Assembly: GCA_963749075.1 (NCBI GenBank)
Contig: CAVVLJ010000016.1
Span: 352,001 to 416,000, forward strand
Reading direction: 5' to 3'
Length of the DNA stretch: 64,000 nucleotides
Origin: an uncultured Pseudomonadota bacterium
GTDB taxonomy: Bacteria; Pseudomonadota; Alphaproteobacteria; JACZXZ01
Shown here piece by piece: positions 1 through 8,971 of this stretch. Positions within the stretch are counted from its first letter, which is position 1. Every line of letters begins with the position of its first letter. Under the pieces are notes generated by a model that was not told the DNA's origin, ran no database searches, and was given only the letters and a program-made list of their open reading frames with translations. Made by a program: the position numbers and the translations under genes.

Positions 1-2
1 TC

Positions 3-257
3 GGCGATTGCACGGCCGGTCACTTGCGCTGCCGCGTCAACGGCTACCAGCCGGGGAGCGATGCCTATCGCGCCTGCCGGCAATATCTCGCGGAGATGGA
101 GGCGTTGGCCGAAGGCAGGGATGTCCGCCTGCCGCTCGGGATCGAGAGGCTGCCGAGCGCGGGCCCGGCCGGCAGCGGCAAGACCATGAGCTATGCCTTC
201 CCCGACGGCCGGCGGCTCAGCTGCACCACCCTGGTCAATTTCATCTCGTGCTTCTAG
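3..257 (+). CDS. Small Cys-containing hypothetical protein, 5' end outside the window (lipoprotein-like C..GY.PG..AY..CR motif)
   Basis: Frame is open from position 3 (GDCTAGHLRCRVNGYQPGSDAYRACRQYL...) to TAG at 255-257, with GC3-rich codons. Confidence 0.55.
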   Translation, partial: GDCTAGHLRCRVNGYQPGSDAYRACRQYLAEMEALAEGRDVRLPLGIERLPSAGPAGSGKTMSYAFPDGRRLSCTTLVNFISCF

Positions 258-642
258 GGCGGATTTCGCTCAAGCCGAATTGCCGACCCGGTCGTCATTC
301 CCGCGAAAGCGGGAATCCAGCCGCTCTGGACCCCCGCTTTCGCGCTAGCAGATGCACAAATCTTGAGGAGGCTTGCAAATCCGCCGTGGGTCCTTCGAGA
401 CGCGCCCCTTCGGGGCGCTCCTCAGGATGAGGCAAATCTGTGTGTGGCAGAAAGACTTTTCCTCATCCTGAGGAGCGAGCGTAGCGAGCGTCTCGAAGGA
501 CGCACCGCGGCCGGTCCGAGGCCCCTTTGCAGCGCGCAACATCATGATTTGCCGGTGATCTTAGAAATTGTGTGCATCAACTAGCGCTTTCGCGGGGGTG
601 ACGCGAGAGGCGGATCCACCTCATCGGGACAAGGTCTCGTAG
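254..642. repeat. Composite intergenic repeat: TAG-ended outer repeat containing a REP-like double hairpin (293-603) that is interrupted by a MITE
   Basis: Left arm cgtcattcccgcgaaagcgggaatccag (293-320). Right arm ctggacccccgctttcgcg|ggggtgacg is split by 345-584. Flanks resemble the reverse complement of the flanks at 8558-8968. Confidence 0.75.
345..584. mobile_element. MITE-like non-autonomous element, copy A (240 bp, 18-bp imperfect TIR, 10-bp TSD)
   Basis: Ends are ctagcagatgcacaaatc and (revcomp) ctagttgatgcacacaat. Exact direct repeat cgctttcgcg at 335-344 and 585-594. Internal cargo is a ccttcgagacg...cctcaggatgagg / cctcatcctgagg...cgtctcgaagg palindrome. Confidence 0.8.
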
Positions 643-649
643 CACCCGC

Positions 650-1993
650 TCAGAAGCGGAAGAAGAGGAGCGTGAGGAGGAGATAGAGCGGTGCCAGCAC
701 CGCGAGCGCCCAGAGGATGTAGGCAAAGAAGCTCGGCATGGCGATGCCGCGCTCCTCGCAGATCGACTTGACCATGAAGTTGGGCGCGTTGCCCACGTAG
801 CTGTTGGCGCCCATGAAGACCGCACCCGCCGAGATGGTGGCGAGCGTGCCGGCGAGCGGGCCCATGAGCTGAGCCGCGTCGCCGCCGGCCGTGTTGAAGA
901 ACATGAGATAGGTCGGCGCATTGTCGAGCACGCTCGAGAGCCCGCCCGTGAGCCAGAAGTAGAGCGCCTCGATCGGCCGGCCGCCGGCGCCGCTCACGAG
1001 GCCAACCAGCGGTGCGAGCGCGCCTTCGCTGCCGGCGCGGAGGATGGCGACCGCCGGGATGATGGTGAGGAAGAGGCCGGCGAAGAGCTTGGCCACCTCG
1101 AGCATCGGAAACCACGAGAAGCCGTTCGCCTGGTGGATGGTGGCGTGGGTGATGCGCAACGAGACGACCGTCACGGCCACGAGGATGAGGTCGCGCAGCA
1201 GGTTCTCGAGCTCGAGCTCGCTGCCGAGCACCGTGAAGCGCACGCCCGAGTCCCAAGCGCCGCTCATCAGCACGGCCCCTACCACCACGGCGAGGAGCGC
1301 GAGATTGCGCTTGCCCGCGAGCGTTAGCGGCACGACGCGCCTCTCTGGAGGCGGTGTCTCGCGGCGGTAATGCCGGCGGTCGATGACGAAGAAGAGCGGG
1401 AAAAGCACGGCCAAGAGCACGGCCGTGGGGGCGAGGAGGTGAAGCGCCGGCCAGAAGAAGCCGACGCCCGCGAGGAAGCCGAGGAAGAGCGGCGGATCGC
1501 CGAGCGGCGTGAGCGCGCCGCCGATGTTGCAGACGAGGAAGATGAAGAAGACGAAGACATGCACCGGCGCCCGGCGCCAGGCATTGGCCGCGATGAGCGG
1601 GCGTATGAGCAGCACCGCGGCACCCGTCGTGCCGGCGACGCTCGCGAGCGCCGTGCCGAGGGCCAGGAGTGCCGTATTGGAGGCGGGGCTGCCGGTGAAG
1701 CCGCCCTCGATGCGCACGCCGCCCGCCACCGTGAAGAGCGCGAGAAGCAGGATGACGAAGGGCAGGTACTCGAGGAAAAACGTGTGCGCGATCTCGTGGG
1801 CCGTCAGTGCCAAGCCATAGCGCGAGGCGAGAGGAAGGAGGAACGCGAGCGCCCAGAACGCCGCGATCTTGCCGTAGTGGCGGTGCCAGAAATGCTGTGC
1901 CAGGAGCGGCAGCAGGGCGATCGAGAGGAGGAGGCCGGCGAAGGGCAGGCACCAGAGGAGGCCGAGGCCGCGGCCGTCGAGTGCCGGCGCCAT
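650..1993 (-). CDS. Ion-transporter (IT) superfamily membrane protein (putative Na+:H+ antiporter / citrate transporter)
   Basis: 447 aa with many TM helices. Motifs NIGGALTPLGDPPLFLGF, LSSVLDNAPTY, GAVFMGANSYVGNAPNFMVKSI. Confidence 0.85.
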   Translation of the reverse strand: MAPALDGRGLGLLWCLPFAGLLLSIALLPLLAQHFWHRHYGKIAAFWALAFLLPLASRYGLALTAHEIAHTFFLEYLPFVILLLALFTVAGGVRIEGGFTGSPASNTALLALGTALASVAGTTGAAVLLIRPLIAANAWRRAPVHVFVFFIFLVCNIGGALTPLGDPPLFLGFLAGVGFFWPALHLLAPTAVLLAVLFPLFFVIDRRHYRRETPPPERRVVPLTLAGKRNLALLAVVVGAVLMSGAWDSGVRFTVLGSELELENLLRDLILVAVTVVSLRITHATIHQANGFSWFPMLEVAKLFAGLFLTIIPAVAILRAGSEGALAPLVGLVSGAGGRPIEALYFWLTGGLSSVLDNAPTYLMFFNTAGGDAAQLMGPLAGTLATISAGAVFMGANSYVGNAPNFMVKSICEERGIAMPSFFAYILWALAVLAPLYLLLTLLFFRF

Positions 1994-2012
1994 CGCGCGT
2001 CCGCCGCCAGCC

Positions 2013-3036
2013 TCAATAGGCGCGCTGGATGCAGAAGTCGATGAGCTCGACGAGCGCGCGCTTCTCGCCCGAGTCGGGGAAGATGCCGAGCGCGTCGCGC
2101 GCGATCGAGCCGTAGTGCCGCGCGCGGGCGACGGTGTCGCGCAGCGCCGCGTGGCGCTCCATGAGCTCGATGGCCTCCTCGAGGTCGCCCGGCTTCTGCT
2201 CGAGCTCCTCGAGGGTGCGCCGCCAGAAGGCGCGCTCCGCCTCGCTGCCGCGGCGGAAGGCGAGCACGATGGGAAGCGTGATCTTGCCGTCGCGGAAGTC
2301 GTCGCCGACGTTCTTGCCGAGCTTCTCCAGGCGCGCGGAATAGTCGAGCACGTCGTCGACGAGCTGGAAGGCGATGCCGAGGTTGAGCCCGTAGCTGTCG
2401 AGCGCCTCGGCCTCGACGCGCGGCCGCTCGGCGACGAGTGCTCCGATCTCGCAGGCGGCGGCGAAGAGGGTGGCGGTCTTGGCGCGGATCACCTCGAGGT
2501 AGGCGGTCTCGCTCGTCGCCGTGTCGTTGGCGGTGATGAGCTGGTGCACCTCGCCCTCGGCGATCACCGCGGAGGCGTTCGAGAGGATGCGCAGAGACGT
2601 CGAGCGAGCCGTCCTCGACCATGAGCTGGAAGGCGCGGCTGAAGAGGAAATCGCCGACCAGCACACTCGCCTTGTTGCCCCACACGGCGTTGGCGGTGGC
2701 GAGGCCGCGGCGGCGGTCGCTCTCGTCCACCACGTCGTCGTGCAGCAGCGTCGCCGTGTGGATGAACTCGACGCAGGCGGCGAGCCGCACGTGGCGCTTG
2801 CCCTCGTAGCCGCAGAGCCTGGCCGCGGCCAGCGTCAGCATGGGCCGCAAGCGCTTGCCGCCCGCCGCCACGATATGGCCGGCGAGCTGCGGGATGAGCG
2901 CCACCGGGCTCGCCATACGCTGGAGGATGACCTCGTTGACCTGCTGCATGCCAGGGGCGACGAGGGCCTGCAGGCGCGCCAAGGCGGCCTCGGGTCCCTT
3001 GTCCCGCCCTTCCTCGAGATTGACGATGACGGCCAC
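2013..3036 (-). CDS. ispB: Octaprenyl/decaprenyl-diphosphate synthase; split by a 1-bp insertion at ~2596
   Basis: GGKRLRP and HTATLLHDDVVDES (FARM) lie in the 1804..3036 frame. AFQLVDDVLDY (SARM) and GKNVGDDFRDGKITLP lie in the 2013..2666 frame. Removing one T in gac gtc t ctg cgc restores DVLRILS. Confidence 0.92.
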
Positions 3037-3196
3037 GATCCCTTCTCGTCCTGCTTGACGCGGTGGAGCCTGACGGGGAGCATAGACCCCGGGCGGTGGC
3101 GGTCAAGTTGCCTCTCGCCGCATGACCAGCGCCGTGCTTGCGTATCAGCCCTGGGGCGCCCGTCTGCAGCGCCGGACCAGGACCGAGGAGGGCGGC

Positions 3197-3415
3197 TTGA
3201 AGGAGCTTTTGCGGACCAACGACCCGGTGCTGCTCTCCTTCGCCACGGCGCTCCTCGCCGGGCAGCACATCGAGGCCGTGGTCCTCGACGGCCACACCAG
3301 CGTGCTCGAGGGCAGCGTGGGCGCCATCGCGCGGCGGCTCATGGTGGCGGACGACGACCATGCGCGCGCCAAGCGCGTCATCGAGGAGGCCGGCGGGCTG
3401 CCGAGGGATGGCTGA
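3197..3415 (+). CDS. DUF2007 family protein
   Basis: LKELLRTNDPVLLSFATALL...VLDGHTSVLEGS...RRLMV. TTG start after GAGGAG. Typical position between ispB and the tRNA methyltransferase. Confidence 0.8.
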   Translation: MKELLRTNDPVLLSFATALLAGQHIEAVVLDGHTSVLEGSVGAIARRLMVADDDHARAKRVIEEAGGLPRDG

Positions 3416-4151
3416 GGAGGAGGTGACCGCGGACGCGCTGCTCGGCGGCCGCGTGCGGCTCACCCAGCTCGCCGCGGGCTACCGGGTCGCCATCGATCCG
3501 GTGCTGCTGGCCGCATCCGTGCCCGCGCGCGAGGGCGAGCACGTGCTCGACGTGGGCACCGGCGTGGGGGCAGCCGCCCTCTGCCTGGCGCGGCGCGTTC
3601 CCGGCTGCCGCATCGCCGGCCTCGAGCTGCAGCGCGCCATGGTGCGCCTCGCCAACGACAATGCGGCGCTCAACGGGCTCGAGGACCGCGTCGTGGTCAT
3701 GGAGGGCGATCTCCTGCGCCCGCCGCCGCGCCTCGCCCCCGGCAGCTTCGACCACGTCATGACCAATCCGCCCCACCTCGAGCCCGGCCACGGCACCGCC
3801 TCGCCGTCGCCGGGCAAGCAGGCAGCACACGTCGAGGGCGAGGCCCAGCTCGGCGCCTGGATCGCCTTCTGCCTCCGCATGGTGCAGCCCAAGGGCAGCG
3901 TCACGGTGATCCACCGCGCCGACCGCCTCGATGCCGTGCTGGCGGCATTCCATCGCAAGGCGGGCGAGATCGTCGTCTTTCCCCTCTGGCCGGCGGACGG
4001 CCGCTCGGCGAAGCGCGTCATCGTGCGCGCGCGCAAGGACATCGAGACGCCGACGCGACTCTCGGGCGGCCTCGTGCTGCATCGCCCCGACGGCGGCTTC
4101 ACCGCGGCCGCGGAGGCCGTCTTGCGCGAGGGTGCTGCGCTCGAGCTCTGA
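3408..4151 (+). CDS. tRNA1(Val) A37 N6-methyltransferase family SAM-dependent methyltransferase
   Basis: GYRVAIDPVLLAA, VLDVGTGVGAAAL (SAM motif), NPPH motif IV, AKRVIVRARK. Confidence 0.88.
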   Translation: MAEEEVTADALLGGRVRLTQLAAGYRVAIDPVLLAASVPAREGEHVLDVGTGVGAAALCLARRVPGCRIAGLELQRAMVRLANDNAALNGLEDRVVVMEGDLLRPPPRLAPGSFDHVMTNPPHLEPGHGTASPSPGKQAAHVEGEAQLGAWIAFCLRMVQPKGSVTVIHRADRLDAVLAAFHRKAGEIVVFPLWPADGRSAKRVIVRARKDIETPTRLSGGLVLHRPDGGFTAAAEAVLREGAALEL

Positions 4152-4198
4152 GGGGGGCCGAGGTTGGCAGGGAACGCGCCGCGGCCTATCTTGCTGCC

Positions 4199-5068
4199 AT
4201 GGCGCTCGCGACTTGGCTCGATCGACTGCCTTTGGGCGGCCTGCGCAAGGCGGCACCGCAAGTGGCCGTGCTGCGTCTCGCGGGCGCCATCGGCCCCGTG
4301 GGCCCGTGGCGCGGCGGACTTGGCTTGGCCTCGCTCGCCGCACCCATCGAGCGCGCCTTCGGCCTGAAGCCGCTCGCGGCCGTGGCGCTTGCCATCAACT
4401 CGCCCGGCGGGGCTGCCACCCAGTTGGCCCTCATCGCCGGCCGCATCCGCCAATTTGCCGAGGAGAAGAAAGTGCCGGTGCTCGCCTTCGTCGAGGATGT
4501 GGCGGCCTCCGGCGGCTATTGGCTCGCCACCGCGGCGGACGAGATCTATGCGAGCGAAACCTCGATCGTCGGCTCGATTGGCGTCATCTCGTCGGGCTTC
4601 GGCCTCAACGAGTTCATCGAGCGCTTCGGCATCCGCCGCCGCCTCTACACGGCCGGCGAGCGCAAATCGCTGCTCGATCCCTTCCTTGCCGAGAAGCCCG
4701 AGGATGTGGCGCGCTTGAAGGCGCTGCAGGGCGACATCCACGAGGCCTTCAAGGCGCAAGTGCGCTTACGCCGCGGCGCCAAGCTCAAGCGGCCGGAAGA
4801 GGAGCTCTTCTCGGGCGAGTTCTGGACCGGCCGCAAGGCGCTCGAGCTCGGCCTCGTCGACGGCATCGGCGAGCTGCGCGGGACGCTCCGCCAGCGCTTC
4901 GGCGAGAAGGTTCGCCTCACCCCCGTGGGCGGCGAGCGCAGCTGGCTGCGCCGCCGGCTCGGGCTCCCGTCAGGCGGCGGCTTTGCTGCCGAGACGGGAA
5001 CCGAGTGGGCGCCCGAGCTCTTGGCCGCACTCGAGGCGAAGGCGCTCTGGAGCCGCTACGGCCTCTGA
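4199..5068 (+). CDS. S49 family peptidase (SppA/SohB-like)
   Basis: INSPGG, EDVAASGGYWLA, SIVGSIGVIS, LFSGEFWTG...LGLVDGIG. Confidence 0.92.
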   Translation: MALATWLDRLPLGGLRKAAPQVAVLRLAGAIGPVGPWRGGLGLASLAAPIERAFGLKPLAAVALAINSPGGAATQLALIAGRIRQFAEEKKVPVLAFVEDVAASGGYWLATAADEIYASETSIVGSIGVISSGFGLNEFIERFGIRRRLYTAGERKSLLDPFLAEKPEDVARLKALQGDIHEAFKAQVRLRRGAKLKRPEEELFSGEFWTGRKALELGLVDGIGELRGTLRQRFGEKVRLTPVGGERSWLRRRLGLPSGGGFAAETGTEWAPELLAALEAKALWSRYGL

Positions 5069-5077
5069 AGGCCCCGT

Positions 5078-5860
5078 CTACTGCATGAACCAGCCGTGGC
5101 TCACCACGACCGACTGCCCGGTCAAGGCATTGCTCGGGAAGGCGGCGAGGAAGACCGCGAGGTCGGCCACGTCCTGCAGAGTGGTGAACTCGCCGTCGAC
5201 GGTCTCGCCGAGCATGACCTTCTTGACGACCTCCTCCTCGCTGATGCCGAGCTCCTTGGCCTGCTCGGGGATCTGGCGCTCGACGAGGGGCGTGCGCACG
5301 AAGCCGGGGCAGATCACGTTGGCGCGCACGCCGTGCGCCGCACCCTCCTTCGCCACCGTCTTGCAGAGGCCGATGAGGGCGTGCTTGGCCGAGACGTAGG
5401 GCGCCTTGAGCGGCGAGGCCTCGTGGGAATGCACCGAGCCCATGTAGATGATGGAGCCGCCGCGCCCGGCCTTGTACATGACGCGGAGTGCGGCCCGGGT
5501 CACGAGGAAGCCGCCGTCGAGGTGGATGGCGACGACCTTGCGCCAGTCGGCGAAAGCGAGCTTGTCGATCGGGTCGATGTGCTGGATGCCCGCGTTGCTC
5601 ACCATCACGTCGAGGCCGCCGAAGGTCTTGACCACCATCTCGACGGCGCCGTCGACCTCGGCCTCCTTGGTCACGTCCATGCGCAGCCCGATCGCCTTGC
5701 CGCCGCCGGCGCCGATCTCCTTGGCGACCACATTGGCGCCGTCGAGGTTCATGTCGGCGATGCCCACCTTGGCCCCCTCGCGTGCAAAGGCGAGCGCTAT
5801 CTCGCGCCCGATGCCGCTCGCGGAACCGGTGACGACGGCGACTTTGTCCTTCATCTGCAT
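5078..5860 (-). CDS. bdhA: 3-hydroxybutyrate dehydrogenase (SDR)
   Basis: [53 protein letters not shown]. Confidence 0.92.
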   Translation of the reverse strand: MQMKDKVAVVTGSASGIGREIALAFAREGAKVGIADMNLDGANVVAKEIGAGGGKAIGLRMDVTKEAEVDGAVEMVVKTFGGLDVMVSNAGIQHIDPIDKLAFADWRKVVAIHLDGGFLVTRAALRVMYKAGRGGSIIYMGSVHSHEASPLKAPYVSAKHALIGLCKTVAKEGAAHGVRANVICPGFVRTPLVERQIPEQAKELGISEEEVVKKVMLGETVDGEFTTLQDVADLAVFLAAFPSNALTGQSVVVSHGWFMQ

Positions 5861-5907
5861 ATCGGCTCTCCTCGTTGTCCCTTGTTGTCCATTCTCCGGG
5901 CAGGCGT

Positions 5908-7059
5908 TCAGCTCCGCGGCCCCCGGTCCTTCCTCGGCTGAGCGCTTTCGTAGATGCGCACGGCGTCGGGCCGGCCCGCGGGCGCGCACCAGCCGCGCGA
6001 TCCGAGGAGGTGCTTGGCCTGGGCGTAGCCTTGCGCCTGGTGCCGCGCCACGGAGGAGCGCGAGAACTCGTAGTCCTTGGAGGCGAGCTCGAAGGCCGCC
6101 TCCTGGTAGACGAGATGCAGGATGTCGATGGCGTGCGGGCAGCCGAGCGACTGCACCTGCAGCCACAGGCCCTCGGGGTCGCCGTCGACCGGCAGCTTGC
6201 GGTAGAGCCGGTCGACGAGCGCGCGCAGCTCGTTGATGCGCTCGAAGGCGCGGATGTGCTGCGTGGCGCGGCTCGCGTAGGTGATGTCCTTGAGCCGCCC
6301 CTCGACCTCGAAGATCGTCTTGGGCTCGTGCCCTTGCGGATTCCACAGGTCGACGACGAGGATGAGCCAGTCCGCTTCCGGTGGGGTGTCGAGCAGCACC
6401 TCGAGCGGCGTGTTCGAGACGATGCCGCCGTCCCAGTAGAACGTGCCGTCGATCGCCACGGGCGGGAAGGCCGGCGGCAAGGCGCCGCTCGCCATCACGT
6501 GCTCCGGGCCGATCTTGCGCTCGTGGTTGTCGAAATAGACGGTCTTGCCGGTCTCCACCTCGACGGCACCGAGGCTCAAGCGCATCTCGCGCGCATTGAT
6601 GCGATCGAAATCGACCAGCCGCTCGAGCGTGCTCTTAAGGGGCGTCGTATCGTAATAGCTGATTGCCGCGGGCCCGCCCGGCGGGGCTGCGCTCGGCGGC
6701 ACCACGCGGGGCACGAAGAAGCCCGGCTGGCCGGTGAGCGCCGTGCGCTGGGCGCTCCAGTAGCTATAGAGCTGGCGCGCGCCGACGAGGCTCGCGTGCG
6801 GGGCGAAGGGGTCGGAGGTGGAGACGAGGTCCCAGAACTCGTCGAGCCGCTCATGGCCGCGCTCCCGCTCGTTGCCGGCGATGATCGCCGCATTGATGGC
6901 GCCGATCGAGGTGCCGGCCAGCCAGGCGGGCTTGAGGCCGAGCTCGCAGAGCGCTTTGTAGGCGCCCACCTGGTAGGCACCGAGCGCGCCGCCGCCCTGG
7001 AGCACGAGGGCGAGCGGGCGATCGCTGCGCGCGGCTGGAAGGGGGGCGCTCTCGTTCAT
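5908..7059 (-). CDS. Patatin-like phospholipase family protein (DUF3734 C-terminus)
   Basis: [16 protein letters not shown] nucleophile, [13 protein letters not shown]-terminal SKDYEFS. Confidence 0.9.
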   Translation of the reverse strand: MNESAPLPAARSDRPLALVLQGGGALGAYQVGAYKALCELGLKPAWLAGTSIGAINAAIIAGNERERGHERLDEFWDLVSTSDPFAPHASLVGARQLYSYWSAQRTALTGQPGFFVPRVVPPSAAPPGGPAAISYYDTTPLKSTLERLVDFDRINAREMRLSLGAVEVETGKTVYFDNHERKIGPEHVMASGALPPAFPPVAIDGTFYWDGGIVSNTPLEVLLDTPPEADWLILVVDLWNPQGHEPKTIFEVEGRLKDITYASRATQHIRAFERINELRALVDRLYRKLPVDGDPEGLWLQVQSLGCPHAIDILHLVYQEAAFELASKDYEFSRSSVARHQAQGYAQAKHLLGSRGWCAPAGRPDAVRIYESAQPRKDRGPRS

Positions 7060-7394
7060 GGCAGGCTCCGTCCTGGTTGATTTCGCAAGAGCCCGCACCG
7101 GCCGGCAACGGGCAGCCGGCGGGCGATCGCGCCCCGGCTCCCCTTTATGTGGGGAGCCCCATGACCGGATGCTTGCCGCAACATGAAGATTTCGCGGCGG
7201 GTTGCCGCGCAATTCTCCGTGGGACCGGTGTATAATTCGCCGCAACGCTGGAGGAACGGCGATCTGCAGTCGATGCCCCTTTTGATATGGGCACGATGGA
7301 GAAGGCGCTCAAGCGCGCGCGAGGCGGCTCGGCAGCGCTGCGGAGGAGGGCGGTTTCCCTTGACCGCGCCCGCCGCCGCAGCCTAGATGGCGCC

Positions 7395-7658
7395 ATGTTC
7401 GCCTTCTCGCTCAGCAAGCTCGTCGTCCTCGTGGGCATCGTGGTGGCGGTGGTCTACGGCTCCAAGCTCCTCGCCCGCTTCCAGGAGATGCGCGAGGCCG
7501 AGGCCCGGCGCCGTCAGAAGGATGCGCGCATGGCCGGCGGCGGCGGTGCCGCGCTCGGCGACGTCGAGGAGACCGTGCGCTGCCGCGTGTGCAACGCCTA
7601 CGTGCCGCAGCAGGGTGCGACGAGCTGCGGCCAGCCGGGCTGCCCCTACGGCCGCTAG
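7395..7658 (+). CDS. Small membrane-anchored protein with C-terminal Cys cluster (CRVC...CGQPGCPY)
   Basis: N-terminal TM helix (FSLSKLVVLVGIVVAVVYG) and four Cys. Ends 12 bp before glyQ. Confidence 0.7.
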   Translation: MFAFSLSKLVVLVGIVVAVVYGSKLLARFQEMREAEARRRQKDARMAGGGGAALGDVEETVRCRVCNAYVPQQGATSCGQPGCPYGR

Positions 7659-7670
7659 GAGCGGGTCGCC

Positions 7671-8561
7671 ATGGCTACCGCGCGAGCCTCGTCAAGGAGC
7701 TTCCAGTCGCTCATCCTGACGCTCCAGCACTATTGGGCGGAGCAGGGCTGCGTCATCCTGCAGCCCTACGACGTGGAGATGGGCGCCGGCACCTTTCATC
7801 CGGCGACCACGCTCCGGAGCCTCGGCCCCGAGCCGTGGCGCGCCGCCTACGTGCAGCCCTCGCGCCGGCCGGGCGACGGGCGCTACGGCGAGAACCCCAA
7901 CCGCCTGCAGCACTATTACCAGTTCCAGGCGATCCTCAAGCCCTCGCCGGCCGACGCCCAGGAGCTCTACCTCGCGAGCCTGGTGCGCCTCGGCATCGAT
8001 CCCAAGCGCCACGACATCCGTTTCGTCGAGGACGACTGGGAGAGCCCGACGCTCGGCGCATGGGGCGTGGGCTGGGAGGTGTGGTGCGACGGCATGGAGG
8101 TCAGTCAATACACCTACTTCCAGCAGGTGGGCGGCATCGATTGCGATCCCGTCTCGGTCGAGTACACCTACGGCCTCGAGCGCCTCGCCATGTACGTGCA
8201 GGGGGTCGAGAGCATCTTCGCGCTCGACTTCAACGGCGCCGCAGGGCCGTCTCGCATGACATACGGCGACGTTTTCCTGCAGAACGAGCGCGAGTTCTCT
8301 GCCTACAACTTCGAGCGCGCCGACACCGGACGCCTCTTCCGCCATTTCGAGGATGCCGAGAAGGAGTGCGCCTCGCTCCTCGATGCCAAGCTCGCGCTGC
8401 CCGCCTACGACCAGTGCATCAAGGCGAGCCACCTCTTCAATCTCCTCGATGCGCGCGGGGTCATCAGCGTGACCGAGCGCCAGGCCTATATCGCGCGCGT
8501 GCGCGCGCTCGCCAAGCAATGCTGCGAGGGCTGGCTCAAGAGCCGCGGGCATTTGAGCTAG
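7671..8561 (+). CDS. glyQ: Glycine-tRNA ligase alpha subunit
   Basis: [65 protein letters not shown]. Confidence 0.98.
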   Translation: MATARASSRSFQSLILTLQHYWAEQGCVILQPYDVEMGAGTFHPATTLRSLGPEPWRAAYVQPSRRPGDGRYGENPNRLQHYYQFQAILKPSPADAQELYLASLVRLGIDPKRHDIRFVEDDWESPTLGAWGVGWEVWCDGMEVSQYTYFQQVGGIDCDPVSVEYTYGLERLAMYVQGVESIFALDFNGAAGPSRMTYGDVFLQNEREFSAYNFERADTGRLFRHFEDAEKECASLLDAKLALPAYDQCIKASHLFNLLDARGVISVTERQAYIARVRALAKQCCEGWLKSRGHLS

Positions 8562-8968
8562 GTATGATCCGATCCGATAGACCCGCGTCTACCGTCACCC
8601 CCGCGAATGCGATAGGTTATGCACGCATCGTCGCGCCGCGCCCAGTCGCGATGAGTCCCTGTTCCACGTCCACGGGAGAAGGCAATAAATCCCTCTCCCG
8701 CTTGCGGGAGAGGGAAGGGGCCCATCCCGAGGGGATGGGAAGGGTGAGGGAACGCCGGATGTCAGCGCTGTCCCTCACCCTCCCACGGCCTTACGGCCGC
8801 GGGCCCCTCCCTCTCCCGCAAGCGGGAGAGGGGCTTAGCGAGACCGGGGCCCTCGGAAAGATGTGCGCCTCAACAAGCGCGAAAGCGGGGGTCCACGGCC
8901 GCTGGATTCCCGCTTTCGCGGGAATGACGAAGAGAGCGGCGATTTCGTTCGAGCGGCTGACGTTCTAA
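8558..8968. repeat. Composite intergenic repeat, same architecture as 254-642 but inverted: outer repeat plus REP double hairpin (8593-8929) interrupted by a MITE
   Basis: cgtcacccccgcgaatgcg|...|cgcgaaagcgggggtcca and tggattcccgctttcgcgggaatgacg. The outer CTAG supplies the glyQ stop codon. Confidence 0.72.
8612..8877. mobile_element. MITE-like element, copy B (266 bp, degenerate TIRs, 10-bp TSD with 1 mismatch)
   Basis: Ends ataggttatgcacgcatc and (revcomp) cttgttgaggcgcacatc match consensus CTAGTTGATGCACACATC at 14/18 and 15/18. TSD cgcgaatgcg (8602-8611) / cgcgaaagcg (8878-8887). Cargo is a ccctctcccgcttgcgggagaggg-type palindrome. Confidence 0.7.
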
Positions 8969-8971
8969 GCC

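Noticed and set aside
345-584. Short ORFs 345..545 (-) and 363..584 (+)
   Set aside because: They lie wholly inside the MITE/REP palindrome and have no coding features.
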